In this document: piece by piece, positions 50,196 to 58,808 of the stretch
How positions within the stretch are numbered: position 1 is the first letter of the stretch
Layout: the number at the start of each line of letters is the position of its first letter
DNA from: Patescibacteria group bacterium
Lineage (GTDB): Bacteria; Patescibacteriota; Minisyncoccia; Phycocordibacterales; UBA9973
Assembly: GCA_040384805.1 (NCBI GenBank)
Contig: JAZKIP010000008.1
Coordinates: 100,749 to 164,748, forward strand
Reading direction: 5' to 3'
DNA: 64,000 bases
Position numbers and translations under genes: made by a program
The notes under the pieces: model-generated
What the model saw: only the letters and a program-made list of their open reading frames with translations
Database searches by the model: none
What the model was told of the DNA's origin: nothing

Positions 50196-51119
50196 TTACT
50201 TCCGCAGATACCGGTTAATGGCAAAGATGCTCGAAATACTGCCGATGATGACGCCCGAGCCGAGCATGATGATGAAAAGCTGCAGGAAATTAGCCTTGTA
50301 GTAAGAGAAAAGATTGAGTCCCACGAAGTCCGTCATTTGATTGCCGAGCCAGATCGATACGGGGAAAAAGAGTATGGCAGTAATGAGGGCCGCCGACACG
50401 CCAACCAAGATTCCCGAAACAATAAACGGCCCGCGAACATACCGCGATCCTGCGCCGACCAAGCGCATGACGTTGATCTCCTCGCGCGCCATGTAGATAA
50501 TGAGGCGGATGGTGCTAAACGTAATGACGATGGAAATAAGGATAAGAGCAAAAGCAAGAACGAATCCGAGACGTTCGGCGCCGTTGATAATGGATGTGAG
50601 CCGATCGATAACGACCTTGTTCTGGTGATAGTCGACTTTATCTATTATAGAGAGATTGTTCCGCGATAAGGCGCTATTCGTATCGAAATATTTGGCGATG
50701 CTCTCATACTGCGACGGGTCTTTCGCCTTTATATTAAGCGATGCCCCCAGAGGATTCTCGGACAGGAGATCAAGACCCTGAAGAGTCAGGTAATCATCTG
50801 CATGGCGCTCCCGAAAGAGCGACAAAGCTTCTTCCTGAGAGGTATAGGTGATCTCCCGCACTTCGGGGATTTTTTCAAGTCCCGATTTTATATCCATGAT
50901 ATTATTCTCCGGAGCGCCAGGTACGAAATAAGCGGTCACGTCCACTTTCTCCCTGATATCGGAGAGCGATGCGGTGAGTGCCGCATGGACGAAAATGAGA
51001 CTCGTAATGACAAAAAGAGTGATCGTCATGATAAGAATCGAAGCAAGGGATGTGAAGCCGCTCCGTCTGAAATTACGATAGCCGGAACGTATGATTCTTT
51101 TCGTGTAGATCAAAGCCAT
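50196..51119 (-). CDS. ftsX: Cell division permease FtsX
   Basis: Four TM helices; TIRL.I..REEI.VMRLVGA...VRGPF; directly downstream of ftsE. Confidence 0.92.
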   Translation of the reverse strand: MALIYTKRIIRSGYRNFRRSGFTSLASILIMTITLFVITSLIFVHAALTASLSDIREKVDVTAYFVPGAPENNIMDIKSGLEKIPEVREITYTSQEEALSLFRERHADDYLTLQGLDLLSENPLGASLNIKAKDPSQYESIAKYFDTNSALSRNNLSIIDKVDYHQNKVVIDRLTSIINGAERLGFVLAFALILISIVITFSTIRLIIYMAREEINVMRLVGAGSRYVRGPFIVSGILVGVSAALITAILFFPVSIWLGNQMTDFVGLNLFSYYKANFLQLFIIMLGSGVIIGSISSIFAINRYLRK

Positions 51120-51126
51120 AAAAATA

Positions 51127-51804
51127 TTATATCACATACTTACCATCCTTATCGTCGCGGATGACGCGGCCATTCTCAAGCGTTATGACCCGCTTCTTGA
51201 TCTGATCGATGACGGAGCGATTGTGTGTCGTGAGAAGTATGGTCGTCCCGAGATCGTTTATCTTCTTGAGAATATTGACGACTTCGTTGGTGTTGACGGG
51301 ATCAAGATTCCCCGTCGGCTCGTCGGCTATAATGAGTTCAGGCTGAGTAATGATGGCACGGGCGATGGCAAGGCGCTGTTTCTCGCCCCCCGAGAGCTGG
51401 CGCGGAAAGTGACCTGCCCTGTGGGATAAATCGACAAGATCAAGGACATGGGGAACATCTTCGGCGATCTGGTCGTCCGTCTTGCCGGAAGCTTCCATGG
51501 CAAAAGCGATATTCTCATAGGCAGTCTTATTGGGCAACAGACGGAAATCTTGAAAAACAACGCCTATTTTGCGCCGCAAATTGGTAAGTTCACGATTGGA
51601 AAGCTTGTGTATATCGACAGATTCGAAGAAAACAGTTCCTTCGCTCGGAGATTCTTCGGCTAAAATGAGCTTGGTGAGCGTCGTTTTGCCCGCTCCCGAA
51701 TGTCCGACGATAGAAACAAACTCTCCGGGCGCGATGGCGATCGTTACGTCTTCAAGAGACGTATTATCGTTATATCTTTTTGTAACATTGTTGAAATAAA
51801 TCAT
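51127..51804 (-). CDS. ftsE: Cell division ATP-binding protein FtsE
   Basis: GHSGAGKTT, LRRKIGVVFQDFRLL, LSGGEKQR, ADEPTGNLDP. Confidence 0.95.
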   Translation of the reverse strand: MIYFNNVTKRYNDNTSLEDVTIAIAPGEFVSIVGHSGAGKTTLTKLILAEESPSEGTVFFESVDIHKLSNRELTNLRRKIGVVFQDFRLLPNKTAYENIAFAMEASGKTDDQIAEDVPHVLDLVDLSHRAGHFPRQLSGGEKQRLAIARAIITQPELIIADEPTGNLDPVNTNEVVNILKKINDLGTTILLTTHNRSVIDQIKKRVITLENGRVIRDDKDGKYVI

Positions 51805-51959
51805 GGGTCAGTAATGAGCGAGTAGCGAAAAGCGTACAGTGGAAAGAAGTAGCGGGAATCGAAACCCTATTCGCTTTGCTCTTATTCACTTTTCACTCGA
51901 CTATTATACCCTTTTTTGAATTGCAATCAAAATGTAGATTATATCTTTATTTTTCTGCC

Positions 51960-52847
51960 TTACAGATTCTTCTCCGCTTCGATGAATTCATCAATCTCGC
52001 CGTTTTCAAGAACTGCATCGACATCGCGGACCTCAACTGATGTGCGATGATCCTTGACCATCTTGTACGGATGAAGGACATATGACCTGATCTGACTTCC
52101 CCATTCGATATCGGTCGTCCGTGAGATCGATAATCCTGCTTTCTCTTTGGCTTTATCCTCTTCTTGTTTCTTGAAAAGCTTGCCTTTGATCATTTCGATC
52201 GCCTTTTCGCGGTTCTGTTCCTGCGACCGTTCAGTCGAGACGGCAACGGCAAGGTTAGTTGGAATATGGACCACCCGAACGGCTGTCTCGCGCTTGTTGA
52301 CGTTCTGTCCGCCGGGACCGCCCGATTTGGAAAATTCGATTTTCAGATCCGTCTCAGCGATTTCTATGACAGTGCTTCCTTTTTCGAGCTTTGGAATAAT
52401 TTCAACGAGAGAAAAGGACGTATGGCGGAGAGATTTGGCATTAAACGGCGAGATGCGAACGAGCCGATGCACTCCTGATTCGTTCTTAAGCGTACCGTAA
52501 GCGTTTTTGCCGACGATTTCAAGGGAAATATTGCGATAGCCGCCAGTATCGTTCTTATGCTCATGAATGAGAGTAACCTCCCAACCTTTCTTTTCGATAT
52601 ATTTCAGATACATCCGCAGAAGCATCGCCGAAAAATCCTCGGCATCATCGCCTCCGGCACCTGAGAGGATAGAAAGAATGGCATTGCCCTTGTCGTACTT
52701 CTCGGCGCCCAAAAGCTCGTCTTTAAGCTCATTGAGATGCTTGATCACGCCCTGCGCTTTTACTTTATCGCCCCAGAAATCAGACGACTGCATCCTCATT
52801 TCCAAATTCTCTATTTCTTTCTTGATCTCTTCGGAGTCCTTTTGCAT
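51960..52847 (-). CDS. prfB: Peptide chain release factor 2 (short form)
   Basis: SPF specificity motif (VRISPF), GGQ, WGSQIRSYVLHPYKMVKDHRT. Confidence 0.93.
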   Translation of the reverse strand: MQKDSEEIKKEIENLEMRMQSSDFWGDKVKAQGVIKHLNELKDELLGAEKYDKGNAILSILSGAGGDDAEDFSAMLLRMYLKYIEKKGWEVTLIHEHKNDTGGYRNISLEIVGKNAYGTLKNESGVHRLVRISPFNAKSLRHTSFSLVEIIPKLEKGSTVIEIAETDLKIEFSKSGGPGGQNVNKRETAVRVVHIPTNLAVAVSTERSQEQNREKAIEMIKGKLFKKQEEDKAKEKAGLSISRTTDIEWGSQIRSYVLHPYKMVKDHRTSVEVRDVDAVLENGEIDEFIEAEKNL

Positions 52848-52999
52848 AAGAATATTATAGCAGATGGTTGAAAGAATATTCCTTGCACATTTCGATAAAA
52901 AATGTTATCTTAATTGTCATAGTTCTAGTTCTTCACAAGAGTCTTCACACGCTTAACCTTGGGCCTTCTGTTTCTACAGCGGGCCTTTTTTATATGCGG

Positions 53000-53072
53000 A
53001 GCCAAAGGTGAGAGTCGAACTCACGACCTACCCCTTACGAAGGGGTTGCTCTACCAACTGAGCTACTTTGGC
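53000..53072 (-). tRNA. trnT: tRNA-Thr(CGT)
   Basis: Acceptor stem GCCAAAG/CTTTGGC; anticodon arm ACCCC-TT-CGT-AA-GGGGT. Confidence 0.95.
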
Positions 53073-53320
53073 GTATTCTATATATACACTATCCTCCTGC
53101 ACTATTGCAATAGGAAAGTCTCTGTGATACATTCGATATATGAGTCGCAACGTACAAAAATATACCCTCTTTACATGTCTCACATGGACAAAAAGTGAAA
53201 GGTTTTCTTTTGTACTGTAGCGCGTAAAAAATCTCTCGGTTACATTACAAAAAAGAGCCCTTCACAACCGGAAGGCTCTTTTGCAACTTGATCTTTAACA
53301 AAAAAATAAACCCATTTATT

Positions 53321-54316
53321 ATGAATGCAAAGAAGATTGCCATCATCGGCAACGACACGGTCGCTAAGGCCCTTACAAAAGGATTGATTGATTTCGGCGG
53401 ATACAAGCCGACAGACATCTTTGTAGTCTGTAATGACTACTTCATCGAACCCTCACCGGAGTCTCGAAATCTCGAGACAGTAAGAGGTAATTTAAAAGAG
53501 TATGAAGATGTGATACTGGCAGTACCCTCGACAGAGGATGTATTGAGTCTTCTGGCAACGCTTAAGAGCGAGCTTTCCCCTTCTGCAACGATTATTTCAT
53601 TCGTTTCAGAGTTGAGCACAACGATCATGGCCACAATCCTGAAATGGCCGTATGGCCGGCTCATCAAGGCGACGCTCAATACGAATGTCGCATATGGATG
53701 CGGCGTTGTATGTTACAACGGCATATCGTCATCTGCGGTTTTCACCATGCAGAGAATTTTCCTTCAACTGGCCCACCCGCAGGGACTCATCAGGATTGCA
53801 GGGCAGGATATCGCCAAGGCGACGACCGCCTACGGATTAATGAAAACCGTAGACTGCCGCTTCATAGAACTTCTGTATGAAAAGGAAGGCGGAGATATCT
53901 CATTCCCTGTTTTCGCAAAAAGAATCTCTTTCGCAGACGAATCGGTAATCCAATACCTCCAAGCAAAGAAAGAGGCGATGGTGAAAATCTTCGGATTGAT
54001 GTCTTTCTTGAATACCGATCTTTCTTTCGAAAGCACTCTCTTGGCAGTGCAGCAAGACTGCCACAGCATGGAAGATCTCCAAAGCCAGACGAGGTCGACC
54101 GTACGCGTTGTCGAGCCGGAAGTTTTTACTTCCTTTAGAAGCGTCGGGCACATGCTTGTTGCGAAAAACCTTTTGAAGATGTTCGGTAAACTGCATAAGA
54201 CAGTCAAAAGATCTAACCATGCAATCTATGGCGCATTTCAGAAGTTGCGTGAAGCGTATCGCCAAAGACCGTCTCAGTCGAAAGGATCTCTCTCCCGGTC
54301 GCATGTAGGATGGTAA
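53321..54316 (+). CDS. Divergent pyrroline-5-carboxylate reductase-like protein
   Basis: KIAIIG with degenerate Rossmann motif, VILAVP, IISFV, LNT.V.YG.G, TT..G. Confidence 0.55.
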   Translation: MNAKKIAIIGNDTVAKALTKGLIDFGGYKPTDIFVVCNDYFIEPSPESRNLETVRGNLKEYEDVILAVPSTEDVLSLLATLKSELSPSATIISFVSELSTTIMATILKWPYGRLIKATLNTNVAYGCGVVCYNGISSSAVFTMQRIFLQLAHPQGLIRIAGQDIAKATTAYGLMKTVDCRFIELLYEKEGGDISFPVFAKRISFADESVIQYLQAKKEAMVKIFGLMSFLNTDLSFESTLLAVQQDCHSMEDLQSQTRSTVRVVEPEVFTSFRSVGHMLVAKNLLKMFGKLHKTVKRSNHAIYGAFQKLREAYRQRPSQSKGSLSRSHVGW

Positions 54317-54334
54317 AAGACTGTACGTAAAACC

Positions 54335-54366
54335 AAAACCCCTTTCTCTTTTGAGAAAGGGGTTTT
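54335..54366. terminator. Bidirectional terminator
   Basis: AAAACCCCTTTCTC-tttt-GAGAAAGGGGTTTT. Confidence 0.75.
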
Positions 54367-54370
54367 ATTG

Positions 54371-54638
54371 AGCCGTTAGACAGACTTGCACTGTCGACCT
54401 TTTCCTTCGTTTACACCCCTATTTCATTCATTACAAATTTATAAGAGGACTAGACTGTATCTTGCGCATACTTTTTATAGATTAGCGCCCCTTGTCAGTC
54501 GTTCGGGCGATTGCTCGCCACGGTCTTATCCCTTTTAAAGGACGTTAACCGTAATTCGGGATTCATTATTTTGTTTCCAAAATAATGGGCTATTATACGA
54601 TAACCATGGAAATGCTCTACTGCCTGAGCTATAACGGC
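54371..54638 (-). tRNA. trnT: tRNA-Thr(GGT) split by an intron (exons 54638-54603 and 54407-54371)
   Basis: Joined exons fold as GCCGTTA TA GCTC AGGCAGTA GAGC A TTTCC AT GGT|AA GGAAA AGGTC GACAG TGCAAGT CTGTC TAACGGC T. Confidence 0.92.
54408..54602 (-). ncRNA. Group I intron, 195 nt, no ORF
   Basis: P1 with U.G wobble at the 5' splice site; P2 with GAAA loop; P4 ACGGT/ACCGT; P7 GACTG/CAGTC; J8/7 AAGATACAGTC; terminal G. Confidence 0.9.
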
Positions 54639-54745
54639 TAAAACAAACTTTGTTTGTTTGCCCGAACATTTTGAGTACAAAATGTTTTAGGGCTATACCA
54701 AAACACTTCGCAATAATACTATATTTTACTTAGATTTCCAATCCG

Positions 54746-55198
54746 TTATTTCTCTTGGCATTCTTTAAGATATTCGAGCGCCGCGTCTTTGTCATCGACA
54801 AGAATGATCTTGTGCTTGTGTCCGAAAAATTCACGAGTGAGTTTCAAAAGTTCCGGCTCGATGTCGGCGACGATATCGATCGCAACGCTCTCGTCCCGGG
54901 CGAGTATCTTGTGATCCTTGTCCTCACGGACAAAGATGCCGAAAACTTCCACTTGAACGATATCCCCCGTTTTATGCTCCTTGTTTGAGAATATCAAGAC
55001 ATCGACTTCGTCCCCTTCTTCCTTGTTAAAAATATTTTCAAGATATCCGTAACAAACCGGCATTATACCGCCGTTAATGGGGAGAATTTCCTTGGTCGGG
55101 CCAAGATCTATGAATTCACCGAGTTTATCTGTTCCCATCTTTTTATGGATGCGCCTGTCGGATCCTTTTGGAATTTCAATGATTGCCGTATATGACAT
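54746..55198 (-). CDS. ppa: Inorganic pyrophosphatase (family I)
   Basis: IIEIPKGS, P..YGYL, EGDEVDVL, D.DHKILA. Confidence 0.8.
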   Translation of the reverse strand: MSYTAIIEIPKGSDRRIHKKMGTDKLGEFIDLGPTKEILPINGGIMPVCYGYLENIFNKEEGDEVDVLIFSNKEHKTGDIVQVEVFGIFVREDKDHKILARDESVAIDIVADIEPELLKLTREFFGHKHKIILVDDKDAALEYLKECQEK

Positions 55199-55293
55199 AT
55201 ATAAAGAATATCGTAACATTGCAAAAATAGCAAAAATACGTATAATGGATATGCTCTATGAAGGGCATTTTTAATTTAAGTTGTAATGGGATT

Positions 55294-55365
55294 ATAGCGG
55301 GGTAGAGAAAAGGCATCTCCAAAGGACATATAGCGCGAAATAACCTGAAGGTTATGAGCCATGTC
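55294..55365 (+). repeat. Duplicated 5' part of tRNA-fMet plus antisense copy of its anticodon arm
   Basis: ATAGCGGGGTAGAGAAAAGGCATCTC is identical to 55407-55432; AAGGTTATGAGCC (55348-55360) is the reverse complement of GGCTCATAACCTT. Confidence 0.85.
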
Positions 55366-55408
55366 AAAATGTAAGGAGAAGATGGCAGCGGAGAAAATTA
55401 TATACCAT

Positions 55409-55479
55409 AGCGGGGTAGAGAAAAGGCATCTCGCAAGGCTCATAACCTTGAGATAACGGTTCGATTCCGTTCCCCGCAA
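55409..55479 (+). tRNA. trnfM: tRNA-Met(CAT), probably initiator
   Basis: 1:72 mismatch, GCGGGG/CCCCGC stem, anticodon arm CAAGG-CT-CAT-AA-CCTTG. Confidence 0.88.
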
Positions 55480-55622
55480 CACGTCGGCGTGACAGGCCAA
55501 AATATATGTCATGCCGAGAAAAAATGCAGCAATAGAAGCGTTGGCTCGGCCACAGTCTCGCATCAACGCAATGCTCTACTTGAGGGTAACACCCTCGACA
55601 AGAAGCAATGCAGTTGCTTTTT

Positions 55623-55695
55623 GTCGGGGTAGCTCAGTCGGTAGAGCACAGGACTCATAAGCCTGGGGTCGTGGGTTCGATCCCCACCTCCGACA
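55623..55695 (+). tRNA. tRNA with CAT anticodon (elongator Met likely; Ile2 not excluded)
   Basis: Acceptor stem GTCGGGG/CTCCGAC; anticodon arm CAGGA-CT-CAT-AA-GCCTG. Confidence 0.9.
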
Positions 55696-55727
55696 CACGC
55701 AAAGACATGCTTTGCTAAAAATAAAAT

Positions 55728-55801
55728 GCGGCCGTAGCTCAACTGGTTAGAGCACTCGCCTGTCACGCGAGAGGTTGCCGGTTCAAGTCCGGTCGGCCGC
55801 G
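55728..55801 (+). tRNA. trnD: tRNA-Asp(GTC)
   Basis: Acceptor stem GCGGCCG/CGGCCGC; anticodon arm CTCGC-CT-GTC-AC-GCGAG. Confidence 0.95.
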
Positions 55802-55904
55802 CAAGAGTGAACGAAGTGGTGGAAAGTCATCCACCAGTGAAGGTTCCTATAATTCCCCAAAAATTTGCTTGCCAAAACGAATCATTTTCCATAATTTTAT
55901 ATCT

Positions 55905-56303
55905 TTACATTATTCTTGTCGGATGAGGAATAAGAGGAATAAGTAATCCTTTACTATAAAAAAGAACTTCTTTGCCTTTCCTTGGTTTATAGGCAATATG
56001 TGTAAAAAAGTAATTTTGCTTTTGTATGTCCTTATCCTTATATAAAATCTGAATTTGTGGAACATCATCATAAGATACAATCCACTGAGCATTTTTTATC
56101 TTTTTTATTTTTTGACTTACTCGTTCGTGATCTTCATGTTCATATGAGTTCATATACAAAGACTGTCCTTTTAAAAAATAAGGTGGGTCAAAATAAAAAA
56201 TAATGTTTTTGCTTTCTGTTTTCTTCTGAATATTATCTACAAGATCTAAAGCATCAAGATTCTCATTATGAGATTTAAGAGCAGTTCTTACGTTAATCAC
56301 TAT
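55905..56303 (-). pseudogene. C-terminal fragment of a Dam/D12-class DNA adenine methyltransferase
   Basis: NLDAL, FYFDPPY....LY, WIVSYD, EVLF; the 5' part is replaced by the tRNA-derived element. Confidence 0.8.
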
Positions 56304-56619
56304 GCCGCGCAGAAAAAAGTCCTTTGGGGCTTTTTTGCGCGGCCGAAGCGGGCAAACTGCTTTGCCCGCGACCGGACTTGAAAGACTTTTCCTTATTCGC
56401 AGTAACGAATGGAAAAGTACCCGCGACCGTAGGGCGAAAGTCCAGTCGGACCCATAAGAGGAAGTTCTTATGAGCAAAGCGAATTAGAAACTTGACCCTC
56501 AAGTCCGATTAATTTATAGCCCAGACAAAAATTTTCGGCGGAAAATTTTTAGTCGAGGGAAAGATTCCGGTCGGCCGCACCAACGAAAACCACCTATTCT
56601 ATAGGTGGTTTTCTGTGGG
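56304..56619. repeat. tRNA-Asp-derived palindromic element
   Basis: Inverted copy of the tRNA 3' end (56335-56346 and 56369-56382, split by a hairpin); direct copy TCCGGTCGGCCGC at 56566-56578; several internal hairpins. Confidence 0.85.
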
Positions 56620-56651
56620 TGTATGGAACAGAGAACTGATATAATAAAATT

Positions 56652-57638
56652 ATGAAAACTAAAGGTGGCAATACGAAAATTGTCTTTAAAAATCAACCAA
56701 AATTATCTGAGCATGAGATACAAAGTGAAATGAATAAAAGACGAATGCATCTTGTTCGTTCAATTAAAGATTTCATCTTGACCCATAATAGTTTTAAAGG
56801 TAAGGAGGTTGGTGTTACTTTTTCCCATAAAGGTGTTGGGTCGCTTGTAAGTATGATAGAAACAATTGATGAAAAACAGATTCTAAAAATCTCGTTGGGT
56901 TCACATGGTGTTGGAGAGGCTCAGTTTCTAAAAGTGTGGGAGCAAGTAGGAGTTAAAGTACCACAAGTAAAAGAGGCAGGTATTTTGGGTGGGTACTCTT
57001 ACACCCTGATGGAATACATAGATGCACCAATACTAGGAGAAACATTTAGCGGTAAAGAATTAATTCAAAAAGAGAGTTACTCAGAAATGGGACGCATTAT
57101 GAATATAATGCATACACCAAAAGCAAAAGGATATGGCCGTGTTGTTGACGGTAAGGCAAAATACGAAGAATTCAATGACTGGATTCTAGGTGAAGATATG
57201 CAGAAAAGATTTGGGTACATCAAAGAACATTCTCTTCTTGAAAACGAACACGGCTCATTGTCCGTGGCGCTTCAAACACTTATTGAATACACTACTAAGG
57301 AAAATAAAAGTAGCTATTGCCACGGGGATTTTGGCACTTCAAATATTTTTGCTACTATTCCTATAACTGTTTTTGATCCGAATCCAAACTTTAACAATAA
57401 ATACATAGATTTAGGACGAACCCTAGTAATGGTATTAACGCGTCCTAAACAGCAGGAAGCAATAATTCAATTAATTAAGGGTTACTTCCAAGATAAGCCC
57501 TATAATAAAAAGGTTTTACAGGCGTCAGTTTTATTGAATGCTTATATAAAATTTTTTAATTGGCACAAAAAAAGTAAACTGAAGGCGATTGAAAATGTTC
57601 AAGAATACCTTATTCAAAATAGGCATCTACTAGCTTGA
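56652..57638 (+). CDS. APH-family phosphotransferase
   Basis: ILKI...EAQFLK.W...GVKVP, LMEYI, CHGDFGTSNI, FDP.P. Confidence 0.85.
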   Translation: MKTKGGNTKIVFKNQPKLSEHEIQSEMNKRRMHLVRSIKDFILTHNSFKGKEVGVTFSHKGVGSLVSMIETIDEKQILKISLGSHGVGEAQFLKVWEQVGVKVPQVKEAGILGGYSYTLMEYIDAPILGETFSGKELIQKESYSEMGRIMNIMHTPKAKGYGRVVDGKAKYEEFNDWILGEDMQKRFGYIKEHSLLENEHGSLSVALQTLIEYTTKENKSSYCHGDFGTSNIFATIPITVFDPNPNFNNKYIDLGRTLVMVLTRPKQQEAIIQLIKGYFQDKPYNKKVLQASVLLNAYIKFFNWHKKSKLKAIENVQEYLIQNRHLLA

Positions 57639-57706
57639 GTTTAGAGTGTGGGTATATAAATATGATCATTATGATTCTGTATTGCAGTTCCAACTTCGTC
57701 CACTAA

Positions 57707-57752
57707 GCCGCACCAACGAAAACCACCTATTCTATAGGTGGTTTTCTGTGGG
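57707..57752 (+). repeat. 46-bp direct repeat of 56574-56619
   Basis: GCCGCACCAACGAAAACCACCTATTCTATAGGTGGTTTTCTGTGGG in both copies. Confidence 0.95.
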
Positions 57753-57778
57753 CCTACCGAACCCTTGAACCAGACATC

Positions 57779-57976
57779 TTAATATTTCCTATTATTCAAC
57801 TCCGCCTCATATATTTCCATAAGCTTAAAGAAGTTCTTCAAGCTCGGTACTGCCCTACCGCATTCCCAATGAGATATTTGATCAGCATATTTAAGTCCCA
57901 TACGTTGAGCGACCTCTTGCTGGGTCAATCGTAATTCTATGCGGATTTGACGTAATTCGTGGGGAATCCAGAGCAT
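57779..57976 (-). CDS. XRE-family HTH regulator
   Basis: LRQIR....LTQQEVA..MG......ISHWECG...P. Confidence 0.85.
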   Translation of the reverse strand: MLWIPHELRQIRIELRLTQQEVAQRMGLKYADQISHWECGRAVPSLKNFFKLMEIYEAELNNRKY

Positions 57977-58160
57977 AGACCCATATTAGCGCTCTTTTTA
58001 ATAAGCAGTAAGGTAGGGTTAATTACAGATAAAAGCAAAACTTTAAGGAGCAACTAATTTATCTACAATAAACATGTAGTCCGAGCTCTGGATCATTCTG
58101 ACTGTTATCTGCAAGCACTAACGTAGTAGAATCAACTATGTATTAAAGTTCTCCATTGAA

Positions 58161-58529
58161 TTATTTTGAAACTTCTAATGCGACTGTTTTATTTTTACAA
58201 TCCACGATAGCTTTATACTTAAATTTTTCCATAAAGGCAATCCCAAGCAACGGGAGTCCATCCGTTATTAAAACAGTTATGTATATATTTTCGCCTTCCA
58301 TACTGGCGAGAGCAACAGCTGAACGTACGGCGATCAGTTCATTGGATGCTGTTCTCATTTTTGTTACTCCATCTATATTTAAACCTAATTCAACAGCAAT
58401 TTCAGGGGTAACTGCTAAATCACCAGTAAAGCCGGTATCTAAAACGAAATAAGGAGTTTGGACTGCTTGGCCCCATGCAATAGTAGCTTCGATCATAGGC
58501 TTATCGCCTTCGATAAATTTTCCGATCAT
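58161..58529 (-). CDS. Clan AA retropepsin-like aspartic protease
   Basis: VLDTGFTG and PLLGIAFM. Confidence 0.85.
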   Translation of the reverse strand: MIGKFIEGDKPMIEATIAWGQAVQTPYFVLDTGFTGDLAVTPEIAVELGLNIDGVTKMRTASNELIAVRSAVALASMEGENIYITVLITDGLPLLGIAFMEKFKYKAIVDCKNKTVALEVSK

Positions 58530-58531
58530 AT

Positions 58532-58808
58532 TTATTTAACGGCCATGAGATGTGCCATTGTTTCAGCGGCATCAAAGCCGATTTTTTTTACAAAAAAAAC
58601 TTTGTTAGGATGTTCTGCTTTAGCTAAAACTACTGCTTCAGCACTTGTTGGAGAAAGATATATATCTTCACTTTCAATATCGATAGCTAAAAACTTGCCC
58701 TTGTTAGTCTCATTCTCATATTGACCTCTTATTTTCTCATAGATTTTAGCGCCTTCAGTAGCGATATGCTGAAGATCGGTTGTCTTTAGAAGTTCTTCTG
58801 GATTCATA
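58532..58808 (-). CDS. DUF5678-like small protein
   Basis: E...GKFLAIDIES..IY......EA...A....P...FFVKKIG. Confidence 0.65.

Noticed and set aside
55296-55370. An additional tRNA gene
   Set aside because: Only the 5' acceptor strand and D arm are present; no T arm or 3' acceptor strand.
55276-55766. Short minus-strand ORFs
   Set aside because: Antisense to tRNA genes.
55905-56477. 190-aa ORF as an intact methylase
   Set aside because: Its first ~58 codons read through the tRNA-derived palindrome, and the SAM-binding N-terminal half is missing.
56574-57752. 46-bp palindromic direct repeat as a CRISPR array
   Set aside because: Only two copies, 1.1 kb apart, with a gene between them and no cas genes in the window.
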